DNA of 64,000 nt, taken from the IMG/VR virus record IMGVR_UViG_3300032132_000001, positions 42,573 to 106,572 of that record. One strand, given 5' to 3'. Positions 18,418 through 29,028 of this stretch are shown piece by piece. Under the pieces are notes generated by a model. It saw only the letters and a list, made by a program, of their open reading frames with translations, was not told where the DNA came from and made no database searches. The DNA is from a virus. The stretch's first letter is position 1. The number at the start of each line of letters is the position of its first letter. The translations under genes were made by a program, and so were the position numbers.

Positions 18418-18545
18418 ATACGATGCCGAAGATGAATGGTGCGTGGAGCACCCACACGCACCACAAGATGATTAGGTCGCCCACGTTCTTCTCAGATACG
18501 ACGAGGGGAGGACCGTTGGCCCTCCCCTCTTTCAGCCGTTCAGGA

Positions 18546-18926
18546 TCAGTCGAGGTCTACGTCAGCCTCCTTGCCGCCGGAACCCGACAGCACCTCGACC
18601 GCCAGCACCTCGACGGTGACGTGCTCGCCCTTCTTGACGCCCTTGATGATCTTGGCGAAGAACTCGGCACCGATCCCGTCCTGGTGCGACTCCCAGAACC
18701 CGTGGGTGTCACCCATCGAGAGCGGGAACTCCTTCGCGGCCTTCCCCTCACCGTAGCGGACCTCCAGCTGGAGGGTCTGCCCAGCCTTCTTCCCGAGACG
18801 CGCGTCGTCCGGGAGTTCGGCAGCGGACATGAGGTCAGAGTGACCATCGCTGTCCACGTTGAGGAGCGGCTGCTTCTCGGTGCGACGGAAGATCTTCAAC
18901 TTGAACAGCGGCTTCTTTTTCGACAC
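18546..18926 (-). CDS. P-family paralog 1 (basic SKKKPLFKLKIF leader, HQDG core, acidic EADVDLD tail)
   Basis: track ORF 18546..19199 trimmed to GTG 18924-18926 preceded by AAGGAG. Confidence 0.5.
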   Translation of the reverse strand: MSKKKPLFKLKIFRRTEKQPLLNVDSDGHSDLMSAAELPDDARLGKKAGQTLQLEVRYGEGKAAKEFPLSMGDTHGFWESHQDGIGAEFFAKIIKGVKKGEHVTVEVLAVEVLSGSGGKEADVDLD

Positions 18927-19376
18927 AGGTGTACTCCTTCTAAAGTCCTTGCTGGTACGAATGCTCGCCCAGCGTTTCCCAAAGTGCACAATTCGAAATA
19001 CGAGCCCTTTGGGATTATTGCGGCACAGGGCCGCTCCAACATGGCACGGAACTAAAGCTCTTTCCCGGTGAATAGAACAGGTAGCACCGTCCAGATTCTC
19101 CATCTCTGGTGCGGATCCTGGGTCAACGAGGAGGGAAAGAGCTTTAGTAGGGTGGGGAGCCATCACAGGTTTCGCATTTAGAGTGCGGCCTGCTTGCACA
19201 GACGTCCAGAATCTGAACCGTTACGCTGCTCGCAGCTTTGTCTCAAAACGGATTGCTCCGAGAAGAGAGCCCACAATGATGGCTCCCCGTGGGGAGGCGC
19301 GTTCGGGGTTCCCGCTTTCTTTTGGGTACTTCCTATATCCAGCGGCAGTCCTACTAGCACCTCCCCGTGACATCAA

Positions 19377-19781
19377 CTAGAAGTCGATGTCGGTGGCCTC
19401 GCCACCATCGCCACCAGCCTGGACCAGCTCGACCGCCAGGATGTCCAGCGTGACGAACTTGCCCTCGGAGTCGAGACCCTTGAGCATGGCGTCGAATGCC
19501 TTGCGACCCTCACCGGACTGGTGAGTGTCCCACATGGCGTGGGTGTCAGCCTGGACCAGGCTAATCTCGGCACCCTTAGGGGTGCGGAGGAGATAGCGGA
19601 GCTGCGACTTGACGCCACTGCTCTTACGGCGAGAGTTGGGGGAGCCGAGACGGACCGCCTCGGGATCGCCGCCAGCCAGGCCGATGTCACGTGCCACCTC
19701 ATCGTGGTCACGGTTCAGCTGGTTCTGCTTCAGAGTCTTACGACGGAGAGTGAGCTTGCCAATCGACTTCTTCTTAGCCAC
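19377..19781 (-). CDS. P-family paralog 2 (VAKKKSIGKLTLRR leader, THQSGEG core, EATDIDF tail)
   Basis: track ORF 19377..19823; GTG 19779-19781 with GGGGGT upstream. Confidence 0.5.
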   Translation of the reverse strand: MAKKKSIGKLTLRRKTLKQNQLNRDHDEVARDIGLAGGDPEAVRLGSPNSRRKSSGVKSQLRYLLRTPKGAEISLVQADTHAMWDTHQSGEGRKAFDAMLKGLDSEGKFVTLDILAVELVQAGGDGGEATDIDF

Positions 19782-19987
19782 AGTAACCCCCTGCGGACAA
19801 GTGCGTCGCCTAGAGCGGCGCATACATGGAGCTGCCGAAACCGGACAGCATGTTTAAGCTGCAACCGAAAAGTTCGGTCACCGCTTGCAAGCCAGAAGGC
19901 TTGATCTATGAGCAGCGAGCAAAGACCATCATGATGATGGAGATAATTATCAAGCCCGCTGACATTAGTACAGGTCGCCAGAAACCT

Positions 19988-20815
19988 TCAGTCGTCTGTT
20001 TTTCCATTCGTATCAGATACGGCTGGAATAGTGATGACTTTGGCAACCATCGAGCGTTGAACTTCATCCACCAGAATCTTGTCTACTGTGCCACCATCAG
20101 GGATGTCCAGGTAAGCACGAGTGATTCCGATGATACGACGCTCTTCATGGGAAGCTAGCAGGACCATGATTGGGACTATCATCATGCCTAGGACCCAACC
20201 ATTCATCCAGCAAAAGGCGAATGTAGGAATCGCCGTTGCTCTTCCCACCCATTTGGTGATCCTAGTTGAGCGGAGTACGTCACCGTTCCAAACGGTAAGC
20301 ATAGACCTTACCACTCTACCACCGTCCATCGGCCAAATGGGAAGTATGTTGAACAAGACAAGCATGACGTTGATTTCAATGAAGAAAGACAACATCAGCA
20401 TGTAAGGGTGTGGAATAGGGAGGAGGACCAGCGGCAGAGTGAGTGCAACCAAGATGAGGTTGACTATTGGTCCTGCCACCGCTACTAAGAACTCCTTCCT
20501 TGGCTCGAAGACGTTCAACTCGACTTCGGCCATTCCACCTATGAAGACTAGGGTGATCGAATTGCACTTCCACCCTAACCCCTTGGCTGCCCAGACATGG
20601 CCAATTTCGTGGAGTGTGACTACAAACCACACCACTGCCATGAACGGGATGACCTTCCAAGCGCCCATCGCCAAGAGGACCGCACAAAATATGAAGAGTG
20701 AGCTGCCAATTATAATCGGCACACCCATTACGGTTGCTATCTGCCTCTCCCTGAATAACTCAAGCAAGTGGAGAGGAGACAATACGATCTTGACGAGGAG
20801 CTTGGTTTTATCCAT
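19988..20815 (-). CDS. M50-family site-2 protease-like integral membrane metallopeptidase
   Basis: HEIGH zinc motif in a TM helix plus LPIWPMDGGRV second motif. Confidence 0.7.
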   Translation of the reverse strand: MDKTKLLVKIVLSPLHLLELFRERQIATVMGVPIIIGSSLFIFCAVLLAMGAWKVIPFMAVVWFVVTLHEIGHVWAAKGLGWKCNSITLVFIGGMAEVELNVFEPRKEFLVAVAGPIVNLILVALTLPLVLLPIPHPYMLMLSFFIEINVMLVLFNILPIWPMDGGRVVRSMLTVWNGDVLRSTRITKWVGRATAIPTFAFCWMNGWVLGMMIVPIMVLLASHEERRIIGITRAYLDIPDGGTVDKILVDEVQRSMVAKVITIPAVSDTNGKTDD

Positions 20816-20867
20816 ACGACTGAGATACAGATTGGGCCGGGTGGGGTCGCCACCCGGCCCAATGCTG

Positions 20868-21317
20868 CTAGACCTTGTAGGCCATCTTGCGCGTCTTCTT
20901 CCCGCGCACCGTGTGAGGCTTCTTCTGGAAGATACCAGCGGACGCCATCTTGCTCAGCTCTGTGCTGACCGTGATGTCCTTCCACCTGTTCTTGGTGGAC
21001 TTCCGAATCTCCCGCTCCACGTACTTCCTCGTGACCCAGCGGCCCGCAGACTCGACCGTGTTGTAGATCGACTGCTGTAGTGCGCCGTTGAGAACGGGCT
21101 TCGCAACCGCTGGAGCGGGGGCAGGAGGAACAGGCGCGACGGTAGGTGTGGTAGCTGCGCTACCCAGCTGGCTGAAATCGTTCAGAATGCCGGATAGCTT
21201 GGTCTGCTCTTCCCGCACCGAGGCGAGATCGTTGAGCAGCTCGTTTTCCTTAGTTGAAAGAAGATTGATCTCATCTTCCAACTTGGTCTGAATCAGTGTT
21301 CTGTTGCTTGGATTCAT
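20868..21317 (-). CDS. hypothetical coiled-coil protein with Pro/Ala-rich linker
   Basis: track ORF trimmed to MNPSNRTL (ATG 21315-21317) with GGAG RBS. Confidence 0.45.
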   Translation of the reverse strand: MNPSNRTLIQTKLEDEINLLSTKENELLNDLASVREEQTKLSGILNDFSQLGSAATTPTVAPVPPAPAPAVAKPVLNGALQQSIYNTVESAGRWVTRKYVEREIRKSTKNRWKDITVSTELSKMASAGIFQKKPHTVRGKKTRKMAYKV

Positions 21318-21923
21318 AGTCTCCAGTCTCCAAAAGGCGGGCTCGTCATTCCGTTTTGAATACGAGCAGCGGCTAGGAAATTTTCCTAGCCGAATCGGGC
21401 GGTACACACAGCATCAGAGAGCGTCCACTATCCCACTTGATGCCATATTGAATAAAATGACCACCCAGGTTTACGGGGTTTACGAAAGTCACCACTCCCT
21501 GGGTACCGATCGGGATCGGGTCTGGGTCATCGCGCATCGAGGTCATTTCGATGCGATCTCCTACTTGGAACATTCGGCCTCCAACATGCCACAGCTAATT
21601 GAGCAGCAATTGCTCGATCTCTTTGTGCAACTTGGGGTGCAATTTTGGATCGTTCCGGAGGATTTGCCACAAGAGGGCCTTTGGGACCTCGACGGTCTTC
21701 GATTTCCGCTTGCGATCCCGCTCTCGCTCAACAGCTTCGTCGTTCAGTCTCACCAGCGTCTGTAAATCGTGCATTAGTCCTTACCTCTCCTTACCTCTCC
21801 GCGCCAGTCCGAGCCTTGCGGTGCCTGGACTATCCAAACCATGCCGCGCCCTGCCCTTCTGAATACAAAGGCGGGGAGGTTTTACCCTCCCCGCCTCGCG
21901 GCACTTACGTACCGTTGCGGTTT

Positions 21924-22328
21924 TTACAGGTCCGCGTCCTCCGTGCCCTGGCCCGGAGCCACATACAGCAGGCTCTTCACCTTGACGACGATCTCATCGC
22001 CCTGAGTGGTCGCATCCAGCATCGCCTGGAAGTGCTTCCGGGTCGTACCGGTCTGGTGCTCCCGGCCCTTGCGGGTACCGAGATGGATGATGTAGTGGTC
22101 ACCCCACACCAGCTCCAGCTTCTTGCGACCGTAGGACGCGTACAGGACCGCGTACCCCTCGTCCTTACGCGGAGCGTGGAACGGCGGCGCCTCTTCGGGG
22201 TCGAGCTTGGCCTTCTTCAAGCCACGCTTGCCCTGAGTCTGCGCCAGGGGGAGCAACTGTGAGGTGGTCTCGCGACCACCATCGATGCGGAACGAGTCCT
22301 GCGACGTACGAATAAGAGTAAGTTCCAT
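21924..22328 (-). CDS. P-family paralog 3 (EHQTG core, TEDADL tail)
   Basis: track ORF; GGAGGTG RBS; followed by hairpin GGCGGGGAGGTTTTACCCTCCCCGCC. Confidence 0.5.
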   Translation of the reverse strand: MELTLIRTSQDSFRIDGGRETTSQLLPLAQTQGKRGLKKAKLDPEEAPPFHAPRKDEGYAVLYASYGRKKLELVWGDHYIIHLGTRKGREHQTGTTRKHFQAMLDATTQGDEIVVKVKSLLYVAPGQGTEDADL

Positions 22329-22599
22329 CTTAACACCTCCACGGTGTGTTTGGGCGAGTATTATGTCCCGCCCGGTTTTGGGCTAGCCGATGTGGTTTGC
22401 CCAGGGTTCAATCAGAGATTGATCTATCGTTTGTTTCTATCCCTCTGCCATTGTTCGGCTATAGACAGCGGCCAGAAAAATGGGAGGATCAGCATGAATG
22501 GGTACTTTGGACCTGGCGCGCGGAACATCCGGCGATAGTGGTGGACAGCACCACCGATGTAGATCGCCATTACCACCCCAAAGGCCACGTAACCGAACA

Positions 22600-22791
22600 T
22601 TACTTGGACGACTCCTGCACTCGGAGTTCAATCCACATTGCGTCCCAGGTGGAAACGTCCTTACCTGTGACGTTGTTGAATGCTTTGGCTTCTTGGTACG
22701 ATCCGAAGACCCAGGCGGCAAAGGTGAAAGCGAAAATGGCGACCAGCAGGCCACACATCATCATCATCTCAAGCTTCTTGTTTTGGTGCAT
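22600..22791 (-). CDS. possible small single-pass membrane protein
   Basis: 63-aa track ORF with one hydrophobic helix. Confidence 0.3.
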   Translation of the reverse strand: MHQNKKLEMMMMCGLLVAIFAFTFAAWVFGSYQEAKAFNNVTGKDVSTWDAMWIELRVQESSK

Positions 22792-22814
22792 CGTTATCTC
22801 TCACATACAGGGTG

Positions 22815-23429
22815 TTAGGATGATTCTTCTCTTTCAGCGTCGAGCAGCACCAACAGCGCTGCTTCGTAGCGCTTCTCGATCCCTTCCATTCCAGGAGGGC
22901 GAGGCCGTGAGAGATTCTCGTTGAGGTCGGCACGCTTCACCTTGCGGGCGTCGGGATCGGTGACGGCACGGAGGATGTACTCTCTGTACGTCTCCTTCTC
23001 TTTGTCCCGTGTCACCAGCATGACCACTTCTGCGACCCGCTCGCCGAAGTTCTCTCTCACGTATTGCTCTGTGAGGAGTCCGTCTTCTACTGTGTCGTGG
23101 AGGACTGCAGCCATCATCACGACATCGGACTCACCCTTGCAGCGGTTGAGAACCGAGAGGGGGTGGAGAATCTCAGGTAGCCCGATCTTGTCTTGGCGTC
23201 CACCGTGAGCAACTATGGCAGCCAAGATCGCTCGTTCTAGGAGTGTCAAATCTGCTTCTGGCATTGTCTCTCTCATTCCTTGTCTCAGATCTGCTAGACA
23301 CTCCTTGCAGACCACCAAATTGGTCTTACCGTCGAACTCATCCTTGGTAAGCCGGTTCTTCAGCATTACACGGCAGAACCAGCAAAGGAGAGCGCCGTTG
23401 CCTGCGTTGAACTTAACTCTTGGGTGCAT
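22815..23429 (-). CDS. HD-domain (p)ppGpp-hydrolase-like small alarmone hydrolase with N-terminal Cys4 zinc ribbon
   Basis: MMAAVLHDTVEDG matches RelA/SpoT/Mesh1 HD signature; N-term CWFC...CKEC. Confidence 0.6.
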   Translation of the reverse strand: MHPRVKFNAGNGALLCWFCRVMLKNRLTKDEFDGKTNLVVCKECLADLRQGMRETMPEADLTLLERAILAAIVAHGGRQDKIGLPEILHPLSVLNRCKGESDVVMMAAVLHDTVEDGLLTEQYVRENFGERVAEVVMLVTRDKEKETYREYILRAVTDPDARKVKRADLNENLSRPRPPGMEGIEKRYEAALLVLLDAEREESS

Positions 23430-23596
23430 TTATTTGTACAGAGTAGTTTCTTCTACTCGCATATCGTTCTCGTCGAACAGGCTGGCCCCGTACTCCGCCT
23501 CTAGCTTCTGACGAAGAGCTTCCTTCTGAGGAACTGTTGGCTCAGCCAAGAAAACAGCAAATGGGCTATAGCCAACCATCACAACATATGCTTGCA

Positions 23597-23815
23597 TTAT
23601 TTCTTCCGATATGTGATGCGACCCTTAGTCAAGTCATACGGTGATAGCTCAACCGTTACCTGATCACCAGGGAGCACCTTGATGTAGTTCTTGCGCATCT
23701 TGCCTGAGAGGTGGCACATAACCACATTGCCGCCCTCCAACATGACACGGAACCGCGTGTTAGGTAACGCCTCGGTCACCTCGCCTTCTACGACAATCGG
23801 TTCTTCTTTAGCCAC
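23597..23815 (-). CDS. infA: translation initiation factor IF-1
   Basis: 72 aa near full-length match to bacterial IF1 ([23 protein letters not shown]...[34 protein letters not shown]). Confidence 0.9.
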   Translation of the reverse strand: MAKEEPIVVEGEVTEALPNTRFRVMLEGGNVVMCHLSGKMRKNYIKVLPGDQVTVELSPYDLTKGRITYRKK

Positions 23816-23820
23816 TGTCC

Positions 23821-24399
23821 TTAGTCCTTGATGGTATACTTCTTGTAGAGTTCAACATCGTTCAGCTGACTGTGAATCTCTTCGGCCCAGAGGTGAGATG
23901 CCCCACTGCCATCCTCCCCGACACCAGGCTCGTTCTTGGAGGTCCAGACCGCGAAGTTCCAATACGGCGGGAACTTCTCATTGTTGTATCGTTGCACCAT
24001 CCCACGGAACTGCTGCCATGGGACACCGTGCTTCTGTCGGCGGTACGCCGTCATCGGATCGACCGGGATCTCAATGATTTCGTGGCCGTACCCGAAAGAG
24101 TTGGCGACCGAGATGTACGGTGCAAGCTCGATAGCACCGAGGTTCGTGTTATCCACGATCACGAACTTGAACTGGTTGCCAAGCGCTTCGATATACTTGC
24201 TCATGCATCGAGCGTGCGCTTGAGGCAGCTTGCCTCGCTTGAAGTCGTACTTCAAGCTTCCGTCTTCCTCTTCGCTGTAGAAGAAGTGGTCGGCTGACAC
24301 CACGACCACACTCCCTTTGCTTCTCTTCTCGATGATCAACTTCTTCACCAAGGTGGACTTCCCTCCACCTGGTACGCTCCTCGGCAGAATAACGTGCAT
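23821..24399 (-). CDS. P-loop kinase, polynucleotide 5'-kinase-like (AAA_33/T4 Pnk kinase-domain-like)
   Basis: Walker A PGGGKST, downstream VVSADHF and VIVDNTNL. Confidence 0.55.
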   Translation of the reverse strand: MHVILPRSVPGGGKSTLVKKLIIEKRSKGSVVVVSADHFFYSEEEDGSLKYDFKRGKLPQAHARCMSKYIEALGNQFKFVIVDNTNLGAIELAPYISVANSFGYGHEIIEIPVDPMTAYRRQKHGVPWQQFRGMVQRYNNEKFPPYWNFAVWTSKNEPGVGEDGSGASHLWAEEIHSQLNDVELYKKYTIKD

Positions 24400-24885
24400 A
24401 GTTCCTTACCTCTCCTTAACTTGCCGCACCGGGCCTTTGCTTGCCCCACACAACCTCGACGCGCCGCACCAGACCGCTTATCGCTTCGTATGATTCTTTG
24501 GGACATCCGGAATGTCGAACCACCAGATAACATCAACCGGGTTGAGCTGCTGACGGAAGTGGTCATAGTACTGAATTCCATCGAACAACACAACCTTCCT
24601 AACTAGCGGTGGGTTGTCAGAATCTCGATATGCGATCAAGATCTGTTTCAATACTGGCGGTACAACTTTTCTCGGACATTTCCACATAGAGACTCCTGTC
24701 TGAAGGAAGGTGGTGAGACCCAGGGTCTGCACAACTGGGGAGCTTTATTGCAGTCGCCTAAATAAGAGGCCGCACCTTATCTCCCTGGTCCTATGACCGG
24801 CATCCCACTGGACTCAACGTCCAGGTGTCGTGCCCACGGTTCGTGCCCCGCAGGGTCCACGCAATCTCACCACCCTTGAAGTTAT

Positions 24886-25509
24886 CTAGCTAACTTGCTC
24901 TTCACCCTTGTACAGACAGGACACGATCTTGAAGGTCCCGTAAGGGCCAGGGCTGGGAGAGCTGGGTCGGTAGTCACCGATGCCCTTGCGTCGTCCAGCG
25001 ACCTCCATGCAGTTGATCAGACCTTCGACGGTGACTTCTTCACCGGTCATCATCAACTGGAACGCGAGACGCCAACCTGCCGGCATCTTCGTACGATAGC
25101 GGTACTGGTGACCGCCACCCTTCAACTTGACGTGGCGCTGGTCGATCCAACCACGCTTCTCCACGTCCTCCAGCTTGAATGGCTTCCCGTCCCAGAGGAA
25201 CCGGGGCATTTCAGGCAGGATGTAAGTGCAGGCCGGGATCAGCGTCTTGTAGGTCTCTCGACCTGACGCCTTGACCTTCGCACCAGCAGACGAGAGACAC
25301 CGAGCGAGGTTGGCGAAGGGGACGACGACAAACCCTTCGGCGTCCGTGTACGTCTTCACTTTCCACTCGTCGGGATCACCCATCACTGCCGATCCTGTCT
25401 TTTTCTGCTTCCCCTCGGTGTCAACCACCGCAAAAGCATTGAGGAGACAAGGCTGGTAGCCTTCGATGATGAAATCAAGATGCTCATTGTCCATGATGGA
25501 CTCCTTCAC
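24886..25509 (-). CDS. hypothetical protein
   Basis: track ORF; long GGTNAGG-repeat leader upstream. Confidence 0.45.
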   Translation of the reverse strand: MKESIMDNEHLDFIIEGYQPCLLNAFAVVDTEGKQKKTGSAVMGDPDEWKVKTYTDAEGFVVVPFANLARCLSSAGAKVKASGRETYKTLIPACTYILPEMPRFLWDGKPFKLEDVEKRGWIDQRHVKLKGGGHQYRYRTKMPAGWRLAFQLMMTGEEVTVEGLINCMEVAGRRKGIGDYRPSSPSPGPYGTFKIVSCLYKGEEQVS

Positions 25510-25606
25510 TTCCCCATTTGGGGAGAACCATAGTGCCTTACCGCACCGTGCCGAATCTGACCGCGCCTGACCATACTCTACCTGACCGGGCCCGGCCGCG
25601 CCCTAC

Positions 25607-26149
25607 CTAATCGGGTTGCTTCCCACGCCGACGCCGTTGGCGCCTGCTTGGAAGAGGCGGCTTCACTTCGCCGCTCTGCTTGGAACGACGTTCCAGAGCA
25701 GTGACGCGCTCTTCTAGATCATCGGATTTGCGTTCTTGTTCTCGCATCCGATTGTCCAACTCAATGATGGCGTTAGTCATCACGTATTGGTCGCCCTTGA
25801 CTGATTTCAGCTGCTCTTCAGTCAAGTTCTGTTTGTCTACGTGGGTCGCTTCATGCTGACCCTTCTTCAGCTGCCGCCGCGCTCTCTTGCGACGCAACTT
25901 GATCATCGCTGGGACATCCTCAGGAATCGCGATTTTATACCCCACCCTGGGTACGTTCTTCGCGATAGTCCCAATTTCCTCTACCAGACGATGGTTGGCT
26001 GTGTAGAACGGGCTGCGTCCAGACTTGAATTCCCGCCCTAAGAGTTCATCCAGCTGTGCGTACGTGACGACATCGCCGGGTTCCTTATCCTTGAGGAAGT
26101 TGAAGATCATCTCAGCTTCCGCAACATCACCTTTTGGTGTAAATGGCAT
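25607..26149 (-). CDS. hypothetical protein with basic coiled-coil C-terminus
   Basis: track ORF. Confidence 0.45.
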   Translation of the reverse strand: MPFTPKGDVAEAEMIFNFLKDKEPGDVVTYAQLDELLGREFKSGRSPFYTANHRLVEEIGTIAKNVPRVGYKIAIPEDVPAMIKLRRKRARRQLKKGQHEATHVDKQNLTEEQLKSVKGDQYVMTNAIIELDNRMREQERKSDDLEERVTALERRSKQSGEVKPPLPSRRQRRRRGKQPD

Positions 26150-26820
26150 TAGATCTTGTCCTTCAGACGCCCAGCAATATAACTGAGCGCTTTGATATCG
26201 ATGACCCTAGAGCTTACCGCTTTGCGCAGAGCCAGAGAGACAGCGATTGCCGGATCTTCTTCTTGCGGGATAAGCATCGCCTTATCCTTCCAATACTCGC
26301 AAGACTCACGCATCGCCCTTTCGAACTCGACGGGTGACATCATGGTGTCGGTGCCACCGTCCATCCCAAAGTGGTTGGCACAGAGAGTCATAGGGTGGAT
26401 TGGCTCCGGTCCCTCGGTTGCACGAGCGTTGACTGAGACAATCTCCCAGTTTCCTGGGCTTGCGGGTTGTTCGTTGTCACCGTCCTCAGCAAGCACGATG
26501 CTCTCATAAAGGATGATGTCCACGGCCTTGGCTGGAAGGGCTGCACCAGGCGTCCTCACCTGCTTGCGGGGCTCTTCCCCCTCCCGCCGAGCCTCGTATC
26601 GCCCGATAAGCCTGGCTCCAGGCTCCAGCTTGGTCACACCAGAGTAGATGCCGTCCGGTATGATGGGGACGACGAGGACACCGTTCCGGTATCCGGCCCC
26701 AGCATATCCGAAACGTGAAATAGTCCGCCGGATTACCTCTTCCCAGGAGACCTCTGGATAAGAAAATCCAGTTCCCTTGTAATGTCGGTTCCTTGCGAAC
26801 GAGTTAACGATGATTTTCAT
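26149..26820 (-). CDS. hypothetical protein
   Basis: track ORF trimmed to MKIIVNSF (ATG 26818-26820). Confidence 0.45.
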   Translation of the reverse strand: MKIIVNSFARNRHYKGTGFSYPEVSWEEVIRRTISRFGYAGAGYRNGVLVVPIIPDGIYSGVTKLEPGARLIGRYEARREGEEPRKQVRTPGAALPAKAVDIILYESIVLAEDGDNEQPASPGNWEIVSVNARATEGPEPIHPMTLCANHFGMDGGTDTMMSPVEFERAMRESCEYWKDKAMLIPQEEDPAIAVSLALRKAVSSRVIDIKALSYIAGRLKDKI

Positions 26821-26979
26821 TGACCTTTCCTTGGTTTGCTCCGGGTGAGGTGCCACTTCCAACAGTACGGACACTCATAAGTGTACAGCTTCATTGTACG
26901 GCCAGCTGCATCTTTTAGTGCGTCCTGTTCTGTGTTGTGCGCCACTTTACCCTTACAGGTCTTCTTGTAATCGAAACTG

Positions 26980-27399
26980 CTATTGAAGTCCATCGTTCAA
27001 CGATTCTATCACGTCAGCAACCATTGGATGTTCTAGTTCGCTCGCCAAACTCAATTCGCCTTCCAATCTATCGACTCCCTTATGGGTGTCTCCGACCTTC
27101 CTTGCCAGCTCACCTTGAAGCATGGCAATTTTTCGGCGAATCTCATCTTTCCTCTTCTCTCTTGCCCGATACTCTTTAATCTCGGTGCAAGGATGCCTTT
27201 CTTGTTCGGCTTTATAGTTGGGTACGAATTGCAGTTCGTACCCACATAAGAATTGTCTGTTCTCCCATCTTGTCCCGTTGGTGTGATATCTGATCTCGCG
27301 CGACTGGTGGTAGGGATAAGAAGAAATACCAATCTCTTCTTTCACCACCTCTTCACACTCACAATGAGGACAAGCTGCAGTTGTGACAAATTTCAGCAT
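26980..27399 (-). CDS. Cys-containing hypothetical protein
   Basis: track ORF. Confidence 0.45.
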   Translation of the reverse strand: MLKFVTTAACPHCECEEVVKEEIGISSYPYHQSREIRYHTNGTRWENRQFLCGYELQFVPNYKAEQERHPCTEIKEYRAREKRKDEIRRKIAMLQGELARKVGDTHKGVDRLEGELSLASELEHPMVADVIESLNDGLQ

Positions 27400-27656
27400 T
27401 AGTCTTTCTGATGATCTTCCGGATCTTGTTTGCCGTGGTAGATGAAGTAAGCTGTCATACCCGCAACGACCAGAGCCATAACGATCCCAATGACCATTGT
27501 GAAACCGGCTGCTTCTTGGTAGTACTTCACATCATCGAAATGGGAACATCCAGCAGCCCCTGCCCAGATGAACATCACCACGACGATTGAAGCTTTGATC
27601 AGGGTGCGGATCACTTCAAACTGTTGAGAGTGAGTCACCTTTTCAGAATAGCTCAT
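27399..27656 (-). CDS. small membrane protein (2 TM)
   Basis: track ORF. Confidence 0.45.
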   Translation of the reverse strand: MSYSEKVTHSQQFEVIRTLIKASIVVVMFIWAGAAGCSHFDDVKYYQEAAGFTMVIGIVMALVVAGMTAYFIYHGKQDPEDHQKD

Positions 27657-29020
27657 TTCAACTCCTTCTTAGCCCATTCCATGGCCGATTCTTGGTCAGC
27701 GAAGGCTCCGTCCATCTGAGCTTCGTACGCTTTCTTCAGAAATACGCCAAGCTCTTTACTAGGCTCCATCAGCCCAGCCTCGATCAGATCACGGCCGTTG
27801 AGGATTCGCTTCGCGCCTTCATTGAGCACGCGCTTCTCACTTGCGATCTCAAGCATCCGAAGGCAGTTCTCCGACTTCCCACGAGGAAGAGGGGGGCGAC
27901 CAGAGTGGTCAGCTTCACACAGCCGTGCAAGCTCTACGATGCTCGCCGGCTCCAAACGCTTGGCAAGACGACGGACAGCTCTCGACGTAGCCGCTTGGTT
28001 GTGCGCCATGTGGTTCCCGACCATGGGCAGGATCTTATCCTTGTACTTCTTGTGACACCCAATTGAGTCCAGGAACTCTTCTGCGATAGGCACACCACCA
28101 CGCTCATGACCACGTGATCTCCACCTGCCATCTTCGAACTTGGTGTACTTTGCCTTGCCGACGTCATGGCACAGAGCGGACAGCACCAACATGCCACGAT
28201 CTTCCACATCAAGCTCGTCACGGATGGCGATTTCTGCTGCGGCATCGACCACGAACTTGGTATGAGTCCAAGCGCAGCCTTCAGGATGCCACTCGGGATC
28301 CTGAGTCACTCCGATCAGAGCGGTGAGCTGCGGGTAGAGATCGAGCCAGCAGGTGTCCTCCAGGAAGACCAGGCCAGAGCTTGGTTTGATGGACTTTGTT
28401 GCCCATTTCCACCACTCTTCCCACACTCGCTCAACAGGAAGGTCTTTGTACTCATCCTTCAGCGTGTTGCAGAGATGCGACGTGTCTGCCCAGACCGCCA
28501 TGTCAAATCGCCCTGTGAACTGCATCCCTCGCAGCACACGAAGAGGATCTTCGGCGAAAGCTGGAGATGTGTGGCGGAGGAGACCGTACTCGATATCCTT
28601 CAGCCCTTTGAAGAAGTCCAGTGTCTCGCCGGTCAGTGGATCGAAGGCTAGGGCATTCATGGTGAAGTCCCTGCGAGACGCCGCTTCCTCCGGTGTCATC
28701 GTCGGGTCGGGGTCCACCATGAAGCCCTTATGCCCACGCCCTCGCTTGCTCTCTCGTCGGGGAAGAGAGACATCGAACTCAACGCCACCTTCCTTGTACT
28801 TGAGTACGCCGAAGCTCTTGCCTACCGCATCGACCTTGCCCTTAGATTCCAGGAGTTCTTGGAGCTTATCGGGGCTCATGCCGTAGACTTCGACGTCGAT
28901 GTCCTTCCAGTCCTTGTTTCCCATCTGGGAATCTCGGACGGCACCGCCCACAACCAGGACACGGGCAGCGCCGTTCTCGGTCAGGTACCGAGCTAGTTCC
29001 TTGATCTTTTTCATGTCCAT
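27653..29020 (-). CDS. cca: tRNA nucleotidyltransferase (CCA-adding enzyme), class II head domain plus HD domain
   Basis: VVGGAVRD...DIDVEV head motifs, RRDFTMNA, HD..GK; start moved to MDMKK (ATG 29018-29020) after GAGGTG. Confidence 0.8.
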   Translation of the reverse strand: MDMKKIKELARYLTENGAARVLVVGGAVRDSQMGNKDWKDIDVEVYGMSPDKLQELLESKGKVDAVGKSFGVLKYKEGGVEFDVSLPRRESKRGRGHKGFMVDPDPTMTPEEAASRRDFTMNALAFDPLTGETLDFFKGLKDIEYGLLRHTSPAFAEDPLRVLRGMQFTGRFDMAVWADTSHLCNTLKDEYKDLPVERVWEEWWKWATKSIKPSSGLVFLEDTCWLDLYPQLTALIGVTQDPEWHPEGCAWTHTKFVVDAAAEIAIRDELDVEDRGMLVLSALCHDVGKAKYTKFEDGRWRSRGHERGGVPIAEEFLDSIGCHKKYKDKILPMVGNHMAHNQAATSRAVRRLAKRLEPASIVELARLCEADHSGRPPLPRGKSENCLRMLEIASEKRVLNEGAKRILNGRDLIEAGLMEPSKELGVFLKKAYEAQMDGAFADQESAMEWAKKELK

Positions 29021-29028
29021 GTTCACCT

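Noticed and set aside
18423-19055. 210-aa plus-strand ORF and the N-terminal 90 codons of track ORF 18546..19199
   Set aside because: The region upstream of the GTG/AAGGAG start at 18926 looks non-coding: it has an inverted repeat and a motif copy. The plus-strand ORF is Leu/Arg/Gly-rich antisense.
21770-21800. Short direct repeat TCCTTACCTCTCC x2 and similar repeats as a CRISPR array
   Set aside because: Only two adjacent copies and no regular repeat-spacer periodicity. Part of the GGTNAGG-type leader elements.
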